Positions 40,733-52,821 of a stretch of 64,000 nucleotides of DNA are shown piece by piece (within the stretch, counting starts at the first letter, position 1; every line of letters begins with the position of its first letter). The stretch is from Anolis carolinensis (Eukaryota): the NCBI RefSeq assembly GCF_035594765.1, contig NC_085845.1, positions 128,418,897 to 128,482,896 on the forward strand. Reading direction: 5' to 3'. Below the pieces are notes generated by a model that was given only the letters and a program-made list of their open reading frames with translations, had not been told where the DNA came from and made no database searches. The translations under genes were made by a program, and so were the position numbers.

Positions 40733-40779
40733 GACTAGTGGTAATATGTAAATCTTGTTCCCAGAGCCAGTCCTCAGCA

Positions 40780-40920
40780 TTTTATTATATTATTATATAA
40801 TATATATAATAATATATAATATATAATATATTATTATATATATAATATATATAATAATATATAATATACCCGCTTCAAGCCACAAATAAAGGTGGGTAAG
40901 AAATAATAATAATAATAATC

Positions 40921-40961
<41 letters not shown>
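40780..40961. repeat. AT low-complexity tract, L2-like tail stub and (TAA)n
   Basis: Irregular TA-rich tract to 40868, CCCGCTTCAAGCC...GGTGGGTAAGAAAT, then (TAA)n ~40903-40961. Confidence 0.8.
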
Positions 40962-40963
<2 letters not shown>

Positions 40964-42502
40964 ATTTTAGCACTGCATGTGGAAACTTTCCCCCCAGGAA
41001 CAGGATGTGTACTGAATCTCCTTCTATCATGCATAATGAGTCCATCTGTCTTCATTTTCATTTAGCTACTATTGGGAGAAGCGGATTTAACGTCAATGCA
41101 TTGCTCTTGCTGTTACCCATGTCTTATTCCCCTCATAAAAGATGAGCATTTGGAAGAAAATTCTAATTTTTACATTTTTAAAAAATGAAGGTGATGATCA
41201 AGAACTGCTGGTTCCAATGAATACTTGGCAGGCAACATTAACAGCAATATTGTTCTTCCTGATTTATAATTATAAAAATGTGTTACTTGTAAAACTGTCA
41301 TCAGGTGTTCAATCAAAGCTGATTGCGGTATCTTTTGAAATGTATGCACAATGAGCCTTGTTTTATGATACACTTATTTTACAATTTGAGAGAGATCTCA
41401 TTTTTCACATTCAGCCCACTTAAAGTGTTATCCATCAATATTACAAAAGCAGGGTTCCAAAGTAATACTACTACACCAGAACAGTCAAATGTTGTATGAT
41501 GAAGATGACAAAGATGGTAATGATGAAGAAGATGGTGAAGATTATCATCATCACATTCTGCTTTTTCTCAGTTATACAGTAGGACTAGTAACACTTTGAA
41601 TCATCTAATACAAGTTTCTAAGCTCCATTGGATAGTTCTGTACTTGGATATGTGTGATTACAATGCATAGATATCTTTCAAAACATGTTAGATGAGATGG
41701 GCTAATAAGTTATCACCAATATAACTTTACAAAATGGAAGGAAAGAGAATGAATGAAATTAGAGACACAGCACAGTGATATAACTTTTTCTCATCACACT
41801 TGGAATCTATACACTTCTCAGTTGCTACTTTTGCCATTGCGGTAAAACATGCACATTGTTATAGGATATTCGCACACTTTCATTCCCACCACCACAAAAG
41901 ACAAAAAATGACTGCTCAAACCACTGCTCCACACTATTTGTCCTTCAGTGTTCCCAGAACTGTTTTTAAGGTAAGGGACTACTGCACTAGTTATTCTCAG
42001 TTTTACTACTTGCAGCACCATTCAATATGAAGAGTGTTATCAGCATAATGTGCAAATAGAAGTGCCCTCCATTTGTTCAGTATAGTGTGTGAGTGGTGAT
42101 ATCTTGTCAGATAATTTCAAGGGGAAGCTCAACTCCTCTTTGTCTAGTCTTAGAGAGGAAATTTAGACCTCAGTCTCCCATTCTGGGCTCCATGATTTCC
42201 TCATTACCACTTAAAACTTTCAGAATGACATCTCAAAGCTTATACTTTAAGCCCCCTTGGTAAATAGTCCATGAAAGGTAAAAGAAACACACACAGGTGA
42301 AAATGAATGGAAAGGATATAAAAAGATATGACTGTATGGGAAATTAATTGGTATATTTCCATGTTAAGGTTGCCATTAACCCATGCTATTGTTACTGATG
42401 TGAAATAGTAAAATGGGCCATTTGACTTTATTTTCTTTTGACCTTGTGCTTTTGTGTGCAAGTCTTTGGAAACGTTTGTGCTTGTCAGCAGAGTTGACAC
42501 TA

Positions 42503-43150
42503 CAATGATACCTTCCTTGACTTAAGAGTTTAATTTGTTCTGTGACTGAGTTCTTAAATGCACATTCACATGGAACAATATTTTAAAAAAGAAAAAAATC
42601 AACCATTACATGGCAGAAACACAAAATTGTGGCAAAGAAACACATATGAAGTAACAAAATGTGTGTTGGCCAGTGTAGCAGCAAGGCAAAACCTGCACAT
42701 TCACATGGAACAATAAAAAAGAAAAATCCACTTTAAAATGGTAGGAGCATGAAGTTGTGGCACAATGATAGAAGCACAAAGTGAAGAGGCAAAAGCATCA
42801 TTTTCACCATACTGTACTCATTCCAACATCCCTCCCTCTCTTGCTTTCTCTCCTTCTCTCAATTCTTGAAGCCAAACATACCAGGAATAAAAACCACACA
42901 TGATCAACTAACCCAAAGTTCCTCAAAGTGGGCAAGAGGAAAGCAGATAGCAATCTCCCAACCCAGACAAAAGCACAGAAGCATGAGGCACAGAGGCTGC
43001 TCCCTTGAAGCCCTGTACTCTTGTGCTAGCGCTCTCTCTGCCACTAGCTCTTAACTCAAAACACTGCTCTAAAGTGAAACCTGGGATGAGTGTCAACACT
43101 TAACTCAAAACACTCTTAAGTTGAGATGCTCTTAAGTAGAGGTTCCACTG
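42503..43150. mobile_element. Tigger-like non-autonomous element (degraded)
   Basis: TA flanks; ends CAATGATACCT...GACTTAAGAG and CTCTTAAGTAGAGGTTCCACTG; internal duplication of TGCACATTCACATGGAACAATA. Confidence 0.65.
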
Positions 43151-43654
43151 TATTTGTTAATTTCTGATAGCTATTTCTTTTTAAAAGGTGTTTAGCTATA
43201 ATAAAAAGGCAGGACATGGCATCCCACAGAAGCAAACTGGTCAGCAAAACCATGTATGCTTTGAACCATGAAATTGTCTTCAAGGCAAGTAAAGAACTTG
43301 TTGGACTTGATATTCTTGGAAGAGTTTGTCTTCCAACAAATAACAGGATAATTTAAATCTCCCATTACTACTTCATCTCACCTTTCTAAATGTGTGGTCA
43401 TCTAGAAAGGCATCATCCACATCCTCAGTCTGGCTTATTTCTATCCTTGAATAGATTTCTATTTCCAAGATATATTGGAAGAATGTGTTCCCTTCTCCTT
43501 TCTCATTTTAAATGTTAAATGACATTTTTGTACTATAAGACTCTTCAGAGTTTAAAAAAGAGATTAGTGAAAATTTGTCCTTCAAACTATAAGATCACCT
43601 CAGCAACCCATGACCCAGTTTTTAAAAACCTCTGGAAGAGACTTGTGCAGTTCT

Positions 43655-43742
43655 AATTTATTTAATTTTTTAGTATATTTATATACTGTCTTTCTCACCC
43701 CTGTGGAGGGCGCGGGGGGCTTAAGATGATAAGAATTCACTG

Positions 43743-43793
<51 letters not shown>

Positions 43794-43950
43794 AATAACT
43801 GAACATGGACATATAACTATAAATTAAAATAATTAAAACCATTAAATATAGTCATATACAACATTTAAACACTAAGACTAAGCATTAAAATCACCCTAAT
43901 ATAAATATTAAAATCACATGATCCAAAAATCATACACTGTGGCCATTCCA
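43655..43950 (-). mobile_element. L2-type 3' fragment containing (TA)n at 43746-43791
   Basis: TTTATATACTGTCTTTCTCACCCC tail; body similar to 6568-6760. Confidence 0.55.
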
Positions 43951-44607
43951 AGAAACTGCTACAAGAAGAAGGACCAGAATTAGATGGTGCAGCTTAATGG
44001 CAAAAACTCATGCTTCTTTAGATTGGAAAAGCCCAGCTTTAGGCAACTGTGCTAATGGCATTACTTGTGGACCATGCCTTGTGATGTCATGGAGAAAGGA
44101 GAAACCTTTTGTGAAATCATCATGTCCATCCCTTATGACACCACTAGGCACCTCATCACATGCAATAGCGAGAGAATTGGCCACAGATCATGACGAATAC
44201 AAAGGGGGGCATGGGGAACCCATTGCTCCACACTCCACATCATTCGGGTCTCCCTTCACCTTATTCCATGTGTGGAAGCATCACTGCCTAGCTCCCCCCT
44301 CCCATTGTTTTCAATGCAACACAGGAAGCCTCCCATGCTGTTGATGCTACTTCCTGAGATAATTGCACCCCTCTTGCGGGATGGAGCCCCACCGGAAGTA
44401 GATCATGTGATGGGATCTGGTGGGTTCCATGCCTGAGGAAAGATGCAAGCCTTGTAGAATGGCCAATTTTGCCCATCTGATGATGTGGTAGTACTGTCCC
44501 ATCACACAACTGGAACCAGTGATAATCCTGTATTGACATAGACCATGCATGAGATTTACGCCCTAGTTTTCTAAAAGTGTGCAGTACATTCCATTATCTC
44601 ATTGAAC

Positions 44608-44718
44608 ACTGGAAGTCCAGTTCACTTATGGTGACCCCAGGATTTTCACAAGGTTTTAAAGGAAAGGAATATGCAAAAGCAGTTTTCCCAGGTGTTTTCT
44701 CTGAGATGTAGCTTACTT
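44608..44718 (-). mobile_element. Degraded 3' part of a 5S-Sauria-like SINE
   Basis: CTTATGGTGACCCC...CTCTGAGATGTAGCTTAC resembles the reverse complement of 5670-5780. Confidence 0.4.
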
Positions 44719-44834
44719 CCGTATATGTTTGGGACATACGTTGCAACCAATTTCCATTCATTTCAATGTGCCACTCCAGACTGGCAATTCTAAACCAAAG
44801 TGACTTGCTCCCACAAACCAGAATGAAAGACAAC

Positions 44835-44837
<3 letters not shown>

Positions 44838-44886
<49 letters not shown>

Positions 44887-45403
44887 TTATTTATATACCG
44901 CCCTATCTCCCGGATGGGACTCAGGGCGGTTTCCAATAATAAAAACCACACATACATTACATAACAACATAATCACATATTATTAAGCAAGGTAAAACAA
45001 TACAATTATATAGCGATAAATAACACTTACACAACCTGATCAAGGGGACGAGAACCATAAACCCGATATATTAAAATGTATCATTGTAGGCTAGATAAAT
45101 CTTGTGCAATATATTCAGGCCCAGAGATCAGCGGTATTCCAATGTAATTACTCAAAAACCTGTCGACACCACCAGGTCTTCAGTTCCTTACGGAAATTGG
45201 ATAATGTAGGGGATTGCCTGATCTCTTTTGGCAGTGCATTCCAGAGCCGGGGGGCCACTGCCGAGAAGGCTTGTTCCCTCATCCCCACCAGCCACACTTG
45301 AGACGGTGGTGGGAATGAGAGGAGAGCCTCCCCGGATGATATCAAGGTCCGCACTGTCTCATAGGAGGAGATGCGATCACGGAGATAGACAGGGCCCGAG
45401 CCA
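44838..45403 (-). mobile_element. L2 LINE 3' fragment
   Basis: Encodes REQAFSAVAPRLWNALPKEIRQSPTLSNFRKELKT (L2 ORF2 C-terminus); 3' stem-loop and (TTA)n tail 44838-44885. Confidence 0.9.
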
Positions 45404-45429
45404 TGAAAACATGAAAATATTACATTTAA

Positions 45430-46130
45430 ACTAGCACAATAGACCTCTTTCTGGGTTTTTCCTGATCATTTTTAGAAATCATTAGTAGTGACTTTGTCAC
45501 CTTTTAACATTTTTTACCTCCTTACACATCCACCAAACATGGAAGAAGGTTTCTTTCTACACTTAATATCTCCAACATTCCCCCTGTTGGGTTTTGTCAA
45601 TTTAAGCAAGTAATTCAGGAATTATGTAACTTCTGTAGAACATTTTATACATGTTTTCTTTAATGGACCCTGCTATTGAAAATTTAAATCCTTTTATCCA
45701 TAGATATTCCCAATTTTCCAAATATATATTTTTCCCCAGGTCTCTAGCCCAGGAAATCATTACTGTTTTTATTCGATTATCTTCCAGGTTATACTCTAAA
45801 ATATATTTCTATAATCTGGAGATCAATCCTTCATTTTCTTTCTCCAAAATATTCTCCAACTCTTTTTTTGAAGAACCCAATTATAAAATCTCTCCTAAAT
45901 ATATCATATAATTGATGATACCTAAGCCAGTTATTTAGCTTTAGCTTTTCCCTCCCTTTTAATTTCTGTGGTCCTTTAGATAGTTTATTGTTTAAAAATG
46001 CTTGCCAATGTTATAATCAGCTTGTATATACATTTTGCTTAAATTTATGCACAATCTTGCACTTGTCAGAAGACAAGATAATATAAAATATCTCTAATTT
46101 TAAAATCATTGTGTGGAAACTCCATTTTGG
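45430..46130 (-). mobile_element. Degraded L1 ORF2 fragment
   Basis: Minus frame VMISWARDLGKNIYLENWEYLWIKGFKFSIAGSIKENMYKMFYR, typical of non-mammalian L1 ORF2 C-terminal region; ends approximate. Confidence 0.75.
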
Positions 46131-46140
46131 TCATATAGAT

Positions 46141-46452
46141 CAGAACTTTCCAAACTGTGTGTCATGACACGCTAATGTGTTATGACACGTTAGTTTGTCA
46201 CAAGAATGTAATGAGAAACATCTGAGTCCACATGACATAAGTAATAAATCATATATTTTAAATATATAAATTAAATATTTTAATGAGATATGTTGTGCCC
46301 ATACCTTTTGTTATTACAATTTATGCATGTATCTGTATCTCTTATAAGGGGTTGGTTTAACCTTTGATTTGCTAGTAAAACAGAATTACTGTGACATGAA
46401 ATGATGCATGCTAAAAGGTGTGTTATCAACATGAAATGTTTAAAAAGATCTG
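46141..46452. mobile_element. hAT non-autonomous element (degraded)
   Basis: Imperfect TIR CAGAACTTTCCAAAC / GTTTAAAAAGATCTG; repeated TGACAC subterminal motifs; flanks ATATAGAT / GTCTAGTT. Confidence 0.6.
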
Positions 46453-46868
46453 GTCTAGTTCAAAATGTGATGATTAGATTTCTCCTTGGTGCTACTAGTC
46501 AAATTGTATCACTCCTGTTCCAAGCCAGTTTCCATTAGGCTTTCAGATTTGTTTCTGAGCATTTAGTTCATGGCTTTAGGATCTTATCACATTGGGAAAT
46601 ACTCTGTTTTTGAGACTCTTTGAGAATGATTCCAAAAGAATCCTAGATGTGAAGTTTGCCCCAGTCCATAAGTAATTCATCAGAATCTGTCTGCAAAATG
46701 TTGCAGTTTTTACTTGTGATCAGAAAATATGCACCCTGTCCTAAAAAAACAGGATGCATACTGATTAAAACAAAGTATTTTCTAATGTGTTAAGGTCCTT
46801 AGAGTTAATTTTCTCCCATGATATCAGAGATTTGGCAGGAAAGCATGAGAGACAGAGTCCTGTCTATA

Positions 46869-46979
46869 TGTTGTTGAAGGCTTTCATGGCTGGGATCACA
46901 GGATTGTTGTATGTTTTCCGGGCTGTATGGCTGTACCTCTAGAACATGGCCATACAGCCCAGAAAACATACAACAACCC
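46869..46979. mobile_element. Penelope-like element mini-insertion with inverted terminal segment
   Basis: Perfect 13-bp TSD AGTCCTGTCTATA at 46856-46868 and 46980-46992; 31-bp inverted arms (29/31); sequence matches recalled Anolis Penelope terminal repeat. Confidence 0.8.
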
Positions 46980-47015
46980 AGTCCTGTCTATAGTTTGCTA
47001 AAGCACTGGAATACT

Positions 47016-47510
47016 TTTTTCTTCTTCTTCATTCACTCAGTTGCTTCCGACTCTTCGTGACCTCATGGACCACTCCACACTAGAGTTCCCTGTTGGCCGT
47101 CGCCGCCCCCAGCTCCTTCAAGGTCAAGCCAGTCACTTCAAGGATACCATCCATCCATCTCATCCTTGGTCGGCCTCTCTTCCTTTTTCCTTCCTTTTTC
47201 CTTCCTTTTTCCCCAGCATTGTGATCTTTTCCAAGCTTTCCTGTCTTCTCATGATGGGGCCAAAATACTTCATCTTTTCCTCTAATATCCTTCCCCCAAT
47301 GAGCAGCCGGGCATTATTTCCTGGAGGATGGGCTGGTTGGATCTTCTTGCGGTCCAAGGCACTCTCAGGATTTTCCTCCAGCACCAAAGTTCAAAACCAC
47401 CTATCTTTCTTTGCTCAGCCTTCCTTATGGTACAGCTCTCACATCCATAGGTTACTATGGGGAATAACATTGCTTTAACTATGTGGACCTTAGTTGCCAG
47501 TGTATTGTCT
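47016..47510 (-). mobile_element. RTE-BovB LINE 3' fragment
   Basis: Encodes FPIVTYGCESCTIRKAEQRKI...WCWRKILRVPWTARRSNQ; perfect 10-bp TSD CTGGAATACT at 47006-47015 and 47511-47520. Confidence 0.93.
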
Positions 47511-47669
47511 CTGGAATACTATTCCCCCTGAAATCTCTCAGGTTTTCTGTCTGTTCCGTTTTCATTAGAGATTGAAGACAGTTGTGTTTTGATGTATTTC
47601 TAATTTATAATATTCTAGTTCTTCTGTTTCAAATGTTTAATATACTCGTATTTCATCGGGTGAATCTAT

Positions 47670-47832
47670 TATACACATCTACACTGTGGAATTAAAAAGG
47701 TTTGACTACTCTTTAATTGGGAAGGCACCAGCACTCTTTGGCAGAGCAGGCTACAGACCATGTAAAGTCCTATGATTCTATAGCATTGAGCCACAGTTTC
47801 ATACTGCATTATTTCTACAGTGTAGATGCACT
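47670..47832. mobile_element. Harbinger-type MITE, internally deleted
   Basis: TIR CATCTACACTGTGGAATTAA / TTATTTCTACAGTGTAGATG; related to 22800-23017. Confidence 0.65.
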
Positions 47833-47942
47833 CATTATATTACTTATACATCTTAGATTTTCTCCTTTAATTCTGCTCATGTCAAATGGTTCAACAAGCA
47901 GTTCCCAAGTTACAAACAAGATAGGTTTTGTAGGTTTGTTTT

Positions 47943-50907
47943 TAGAATCATAGAATCATAGAATCATAGAATCATAGAATAGTAGAGTTGGAAGAGACCA
48001 CATGGGCCATCTAGTCCAACCCCCTGCTAAGAAGCAGGAAATCGCATTCAAAGCACCCCCGACAGATGGCCATCCAGCCTCTGCTTAAAAGCCTCCAAGG
48101 AAGGAGCCTCTACCACGGCCCCGGGGAGAGAGTTCCACTGTCGAACAGCTCTCACAGTGAGGAAGTTCTTCCTGATGTTCAAGTGGAATCTCCTTTCCTG
48201 TAGTTTGAAGCCATTGTTCCGTGTCCTAGTCTGCAGGGCAGCAGAAAACAAGCTTGCTCCCTCTTCCCTATGACTTCCCTTCACGTATTTGTACATGGCT
48301 ATCATGTCTCCTCTCAGCCTTCTCTTCTGCAGGCTAAACATGCCCAGCTCTTTAAGCCGCTCCTCATAGGGCTTGTTCTCCAGACCCTTAATCATTTTAG
48401 TCGCCCTCCTCTGGACGCTTTCCAGCTTGTCAACATCTCCCTTCAACTGTGGTGCCCAAAATTGGACACAGTATTCCAGGTGTGGTCTGACCAAGGCAGA
48501 ATAGAGGGGGAGCATAACTTCCCTGGATCTAGACGCTATTCCCCTATTGATGCAGGCCAGAATCCCATTGGCTTTTTTAGCAGCCGCATCACATTGTTGG
48601 CTCATGTTTAACTTGTTGTCCACGAGGACTCCAAGATCTTTTTCGCACACACTGCTGTCAAGCCAGGCATCCCCCATTCTGTATCTTTGATTTCCATTTT
48701 TTCTGCCGAAGTGAAGTATCTTGCATTTGTCCCTGTTGAACTTCATTTTGTTAGTTTTGGCCCATCTCTCTAGTCTGTCAAGATCGTTTTGAATTCTGCT
48801 CCTGTCTTCTGGAGTGTTAGCTATCCCTCCCAGTTTTGTGTCGTCTGCAAACTTGATGATCGTGCCTTCTAACCCTTCGTCTAAGTCGTTAATAAAGATG
48901 TTGAACAGAACCGGGCCCAGGACGGAGCCCTGCGGCACTCCACTTGTCACTTCTTTCCATGATGAAGACGACGCATTGGTGAGCACCCTTTGGGTTCGTT
49001 CGCTTAGCCAATTACAGATCCACCTAACCGTAGTTTTGTCTAGCCCACATTTTACTAGTTTGTTTGCCAGAAGGTCGTGGGGGACTTTGTCGAAGGCCTT
49101 ACTGAAATCCAGGTACGCTACATCCACAGCATTCCCTGTATCGACCCAACTCGTAACTCTATCGAAAAAAGAGATCAGATTAGTCTGGCATGACTTGTTT
49201 TTGGTAAATCCGTGTTGACTATTAGCAATGACCGCATTTGTTTCTAAGTGTTCGCAGACCACTTCCTTAATGATCTTTTCCAGAATTTTGCCTGGTATTG
49301 ATGTGAGGCTGACCGGACGGTAATTGTTTGGGTCGTTCTTTTTTCCCTTCTTGAAGATAGGGACCACATTCGCCCTCCTCCAATCTGCTGGGACTTCTCC
49401 CGTTCTCCAAGAACTCTCGAAGATAATTGCCAGTGGTTCTGAAATAACTTCCGCTAGTTCCTTCAGTACTCTTGGGTGTAGCTGATCTGGCCCTGGGGAC
49501 TTGAATTTGTTTAGAGAGGCCAAGTGTTCCTGGACAACTTGTTTCCCTATTTGGGGTTGGATTTCCCCCAATCCTTCGTCCATTCCGTGTTGCTGAGGTT
49601 GAAGATGGCTTTCTTTTTCTGAGAAGACCGAGGCAAAGAAGGCATTAAGTAGTTCTGCCTTTTCCCTGTCCCCTGTCGCCATCACCCCATCTTCTCCTTG
49701 CAATGGCCCTATCGCCTCCTTTTTCTTCCTTTTTCTACCAACGTAAGCAAAAAAGCCTTTTTTGTTGTTTTTTATGTCCCTGGCAAGCCTGAGCTCATTT
49801 TGCGCTTTAGCCTTGCGAACCTTTTCCCTACAGGTGTTGGCTATACGTTTGAATTCTTCTTTGGTGATTTCTCCCCTTTTCCACTTCTTGTGCATGTCAC
49901 TTTTGAGCTTTAGCTCAGTTAGAAGTTCTTTGGACATCCATTCTGGCTTCTTTGCACTTGTCTTATTTTTCTTCTTTGTTGGCACTGTTTGCATTTGCGC
50001 CTTGAGTATTTCACTTTTGAAAAACTCCCATCCATCCTTAACTCCCTTGTTTTTTAATATCGGCGTCCATGGAATGCCACTCAGTAATTCCTTCATTTTT
50101 TGGAAGTCAGCTCTCTTAAAGTCCAGAATGCGTGTTTGACTTGTCTTAGTTTCAGCATTCCTTTGTATTGCAAACTGCAGGAGCACATGGTCACTTGCCC
50201 CTAAGGATCCAACCACTTCAACTGTATTGATCAGGTCTTCCACATTTGTTAAGATTAGATCAAGAGTTGCTGATCCCCTTGTTGCCTCTTCTACCTTCTG
50301 GACTATAAAATTATCTGCAAGGCAAGTGAGGAATTTGTTGGACTTTGTACTCTTGGCTGAGTTTGTTTTCCAGCAGATATCGGGATAATTGAAATCGCCC
50401 ATGACTACTATATCTCTTCTTTGTGCCTGTTTGGTCAGCTGTTGACAGAAGGCTTCATCAAGTCCTTCATCCTGACTCGGAGATCTGTAGTAGACACCCA
50501 CGACAAGATCTTTTTGAGTCCCGGTTCCCTTGATTCTTATCCAGATGCTTTCAAGCTGGTTTCCCGGATTACAGTCATGCATTTCTTCTGCAACGTAACT
50601 GTTTTTGACATATAAAGCTACTCCCCCTCCTCTCCCCTTTGCTCTATTTCTGTGAAAGAGGTTATAGCCCTCAATGGTTAAATTCCAGTGATGGGAGTCA
50701 TCCCACCAGGTTTCAGTGATGCCTATGACATCGTATGTGTGGTGCTGTGCTAGGAGTTGGAGTTCGTCTTGCTTATTTCCCATGCTCTGAGCATTAGTGT
50801 AAAGACATGTAAGCCCCTGTGACCTCCCCTCGAACTGTTTATTTGGGATTATTGTGCTCTCTGTACTTGGTCCTTGCTGTGTTTGTGCAGCCCTCCGTTT
50901 AGCCTTT
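47943..50907 (-). mobile_element. Young 5'-truncated CR1 LINE
   Basis: Four-plus copies of the 8-bp (TGATTCTA)n tail at 47943-47980, short 3'UTR, intact ORF2; ORF1 and 5'UTR absent. Confidence 0.97.
48048..50783 (-). CDS. CR1 ORF2p: APE endonuclease plus reverse transcriptase (frame stays open upstream to ~50907)
   Basis: 911 aa stop-free; APE motifs GITETWW, MGDFNYP, LDLIL, SDH; RT motifs [36 protein letters not shown]; upstream in-frame [10 protein letters not shown] is APE motif I. Confidence 0.96.
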   Translation of the reverse strand: MGNKQDELQLLAQHHTYDVIGITETWWDDSHHWNLTIEGYNLFHRNRAKGRGGGVALYVKNSYVAEEMHDCNPGNQLESIWIRIKGTGTQKDLVVGVYYRSPSQDEGLDEAFCQQLTKQAQRRDIVVMGDFNYPDICWKTNSAKSTKSNKFLTCLADNFIVQKVEEATRGSATLDLILTNVEDLINTVEVVGSLGASDHVLLQFAIQRNAETKTSQTRILDFKRADFQKMKELLSGIPWTPILKNKGVKDGWEFFKSEILKAQMQTVPTKKKNKTSAKKPEWMSKELLTELKLKSDMHKKWKRGEITKEEFKRIANTCREKVRKAKAQNELRLARDIKNNKKGFFAYVGRKRKKKEAIGPLQGEDGVMATGDREKAELLNAFFASVFSEKESHLQPQQHGMDEGLGEIQPQIGKQVVQEHLASLNKFKSPGPDQLHPRVLKELAEVISEPLAIIFESSWRTGEVPADWRRANVVPIFKKGKKNDPNNYRPVSLTSIPGKILEKIIKEVVCEHLETNAVIANSQHGFTKNKSCQTNLISFFDRVTSWVDTGNAVDVAYLDFSKAFDKVPHDLLANKLVKCGLDKTTVRWICNWLSERTQRVLTNASSSSWKEVTSGVPQGSVLGPVLFNIFINDLDEGLEGTIIKFADDTKLGGIANTPEDRSRIQNDLDRLERWAKTNKMKFNRDKCKILHFGRKNGNQRYRMGDAWLDSSVCEKDLGVLVDNKLNMSQQCDAAAKKANGILACINRGIASRSREVMLPLYSALVRPHLEYCVQFWAPQLKGDVDKLESVQRRATKMIKGLENKPYEERLKELGMFSLQKRRLRGDMIAMYKYVKGSHREEGASLFSAALQTRTRNNGFKLQERRFHLNIRKNFLTVRAVRQWNSLPGAVVEAPSLEAFKQRLDGHLSGVL

Positions 50908-52329
50908 CAACTTTTAAGCTGAGTTTGTATATAAGTCTGAGCAGGTACATTTTAAAGTGTAACTCTAGCCATACATATCAAGCTTTGGATAGCATAGGGA
51001 AAGGTTAACACCCTTGTAGAGGTTGTTTTGCTCTCTGTGCCCCTGCTCAGAAGATTTTACCTCACTTTCTGTCCCTGTGAGAATTGGATTTTTAAAAATT
51101 TGACTTGTGGAAACAAGAATTGGTGAGAAAGTTTCAGTGGAGACACCTTTTCCCCATGATAACTCTTTCAGGAGTGAATTTCTCTTCCAAGGGTCAATTT
51201 TCTCCCACTTCCTGTTGTCTCACTTCTGTTCTTAACAATGAGTCATTTGTAAGTCGGGTATTTGTAACTTGGGAACTGCCTTCAGTCTTTCATTTGTATT
51301 TTTATGGTTATGATGTACTGCCTTTATCCTCACATTATACATTATATAAACATATAAGCAATTTATTGGATAAAGTATTGATACAAGTGTGTGAGCTTGT
51401 GAAACAATGTGGTGAATAAGGTGAGCTGGTCAATTATTTTAATACAGCCTGAATCTGCCCGAGGCTGCCTGAAATCAACAACTTCAGGTGGTTAGAACAA
51501 TTTCTTAAAATCATCTATAGCTATCTGAACAAGTATGAACTAAAATTTGGAGTGGTTGCTCTTATATTTAATATTTACACAAGGGATGTTCAAGGCATTC
51601 CATGTTATAGAGAATGCCAATAACCAAATATGTGAATGATATACATGGGGGCAGGGGAGGAGGAGAAGGAAATTGAAAAACCTACATCTGGATTTACACC
51701 ACTATGTAGTGTAGTTCAGTCTCCATTATATGGCAATGTAGATCCATCCTAAATATCCTGAACTCCAGGTTCATATTAATTCACCTTTCTCTTTGAAAAG
51801 AATCATAGAACTTATTCTCAGAACCAAATGTTGGTGTTATGGTGTGTTTTAAATAATAGTCAGATTACTATTGTGAATAGATAAACGAAGACATCTTATT
51901 GTATAAATCAGTGTTTGGGAATTCAATTTAGAAAGAAAGAAGGCATCAAGTATTTGATAGGAAGCAAGCAAGAGCCAGATCTACCAAATATAAAATCCTG
52001 ATAAATTGCAGGTGCCAGTTAGCTTCCAGGTTGCAAGAACAAATTTAGGTTTTACTAGACATTGCTAAATGTGAACAGTCTTATTTTATGCCAGGGTAAA
52101 ATAAATTGCTACAGTCTTTTCTCAGATCCATTTCTGTGTGTAATTAACTTGTTGACAGACCATATCCCTGCACAAAGGGAGAGGTTCTATTTAATTACAT
52201 TAAGTAGCTAGGTTTGAAAAGGCAGCTAGAAAATGAGATTGGGGGACACTGGAATTATTTCAGATATGGAAATATAAACTAATGCCTTCTCTCCCAATTA
52301 CTTTTTGGCCCTTCTGCTACCAATCAGGG

Positions 52330-52610
52330 CACAAAGACATGCTGGAACACAACAAAGGCTTATCTAATCCAGCATTCTGTAAGCACATCAGGCAACCAGT
52401 TGCTTAAGTGTGATATATAACTATGCTCAGTAATAGCCATGGGTGGTCCTAATCTCATTAATTTATCAAATTTGCTTTTAAATCTGCCCATGCTAGTAGC
52501 CATCACTACATTTTGAGGCAATGAATTACAAATGTGTGTGCTATATGAAGAAGTCCATCCCTTTATCTATCCTACATGTCCCATTGTTCAATTTTACTGA
52601 ATGACTGTAG
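52330..52610 (-). mobile_element. Ancient CR1/L3 3' remnant
   Basis: ATGCTGGAACACAACAAAGGCTTATCTAATCCAGCAT hairpin typical of CR1 3' ends; GCCATCACTACATTTTGAGGCAATGAATT resembles the ORF2 end. Confidence 0.5.
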
Positions 52611-52821
52611 CTCAGAATATTGAGAAGAAGAATCTGTTTTACTTTAGATGTACCACCTACCTAATCCAGAACCTGTTCAGACTGAAATGGTAGCCAGACA
52701 CACTGGTCTGTATCCTCTGTGGAACCACATTAGTATCCAGCCAGGCTGAGACTGCATTAGTAGAGTAACCACTTGCTGATAATGTGGATATGGCAGTTTG
52801 GGCAGGGGGGTGTCAACAATA

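Larger units (their letters stand above)
47895..51282. mobile_element. Tigger-like MITE split by CR1 (halves 47895-47943 and ~50912-51282)
   Basis: Joined halves are colinear with the reverse complement of 23955-24368; TIRs CAAGCAGTTCCCAAGTTACAAA / TTTGTAACTTGGGAACTGCCT. Confidence 0.85.

Noticed and set aside
40834-41061. Poly-Tyr ORF
   Set aside because: Translation of the (TAA)n microsatellite
46869-46979. Hammerhead ribozyme in the Penelope fragment
   Set aside because: No CTGANGA...GAAA core is present in this short copy
47943-47980. CRISPR-like direct repeats
   Set aside because: Spacer-less 8-bp CR1 tail in eukaryotic DNA; no repeat-spacer array anywhere in the window
48270-50615. 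Several plus-strand ORFs
   Set aside because: Antisense shadows of CR1 ORF2
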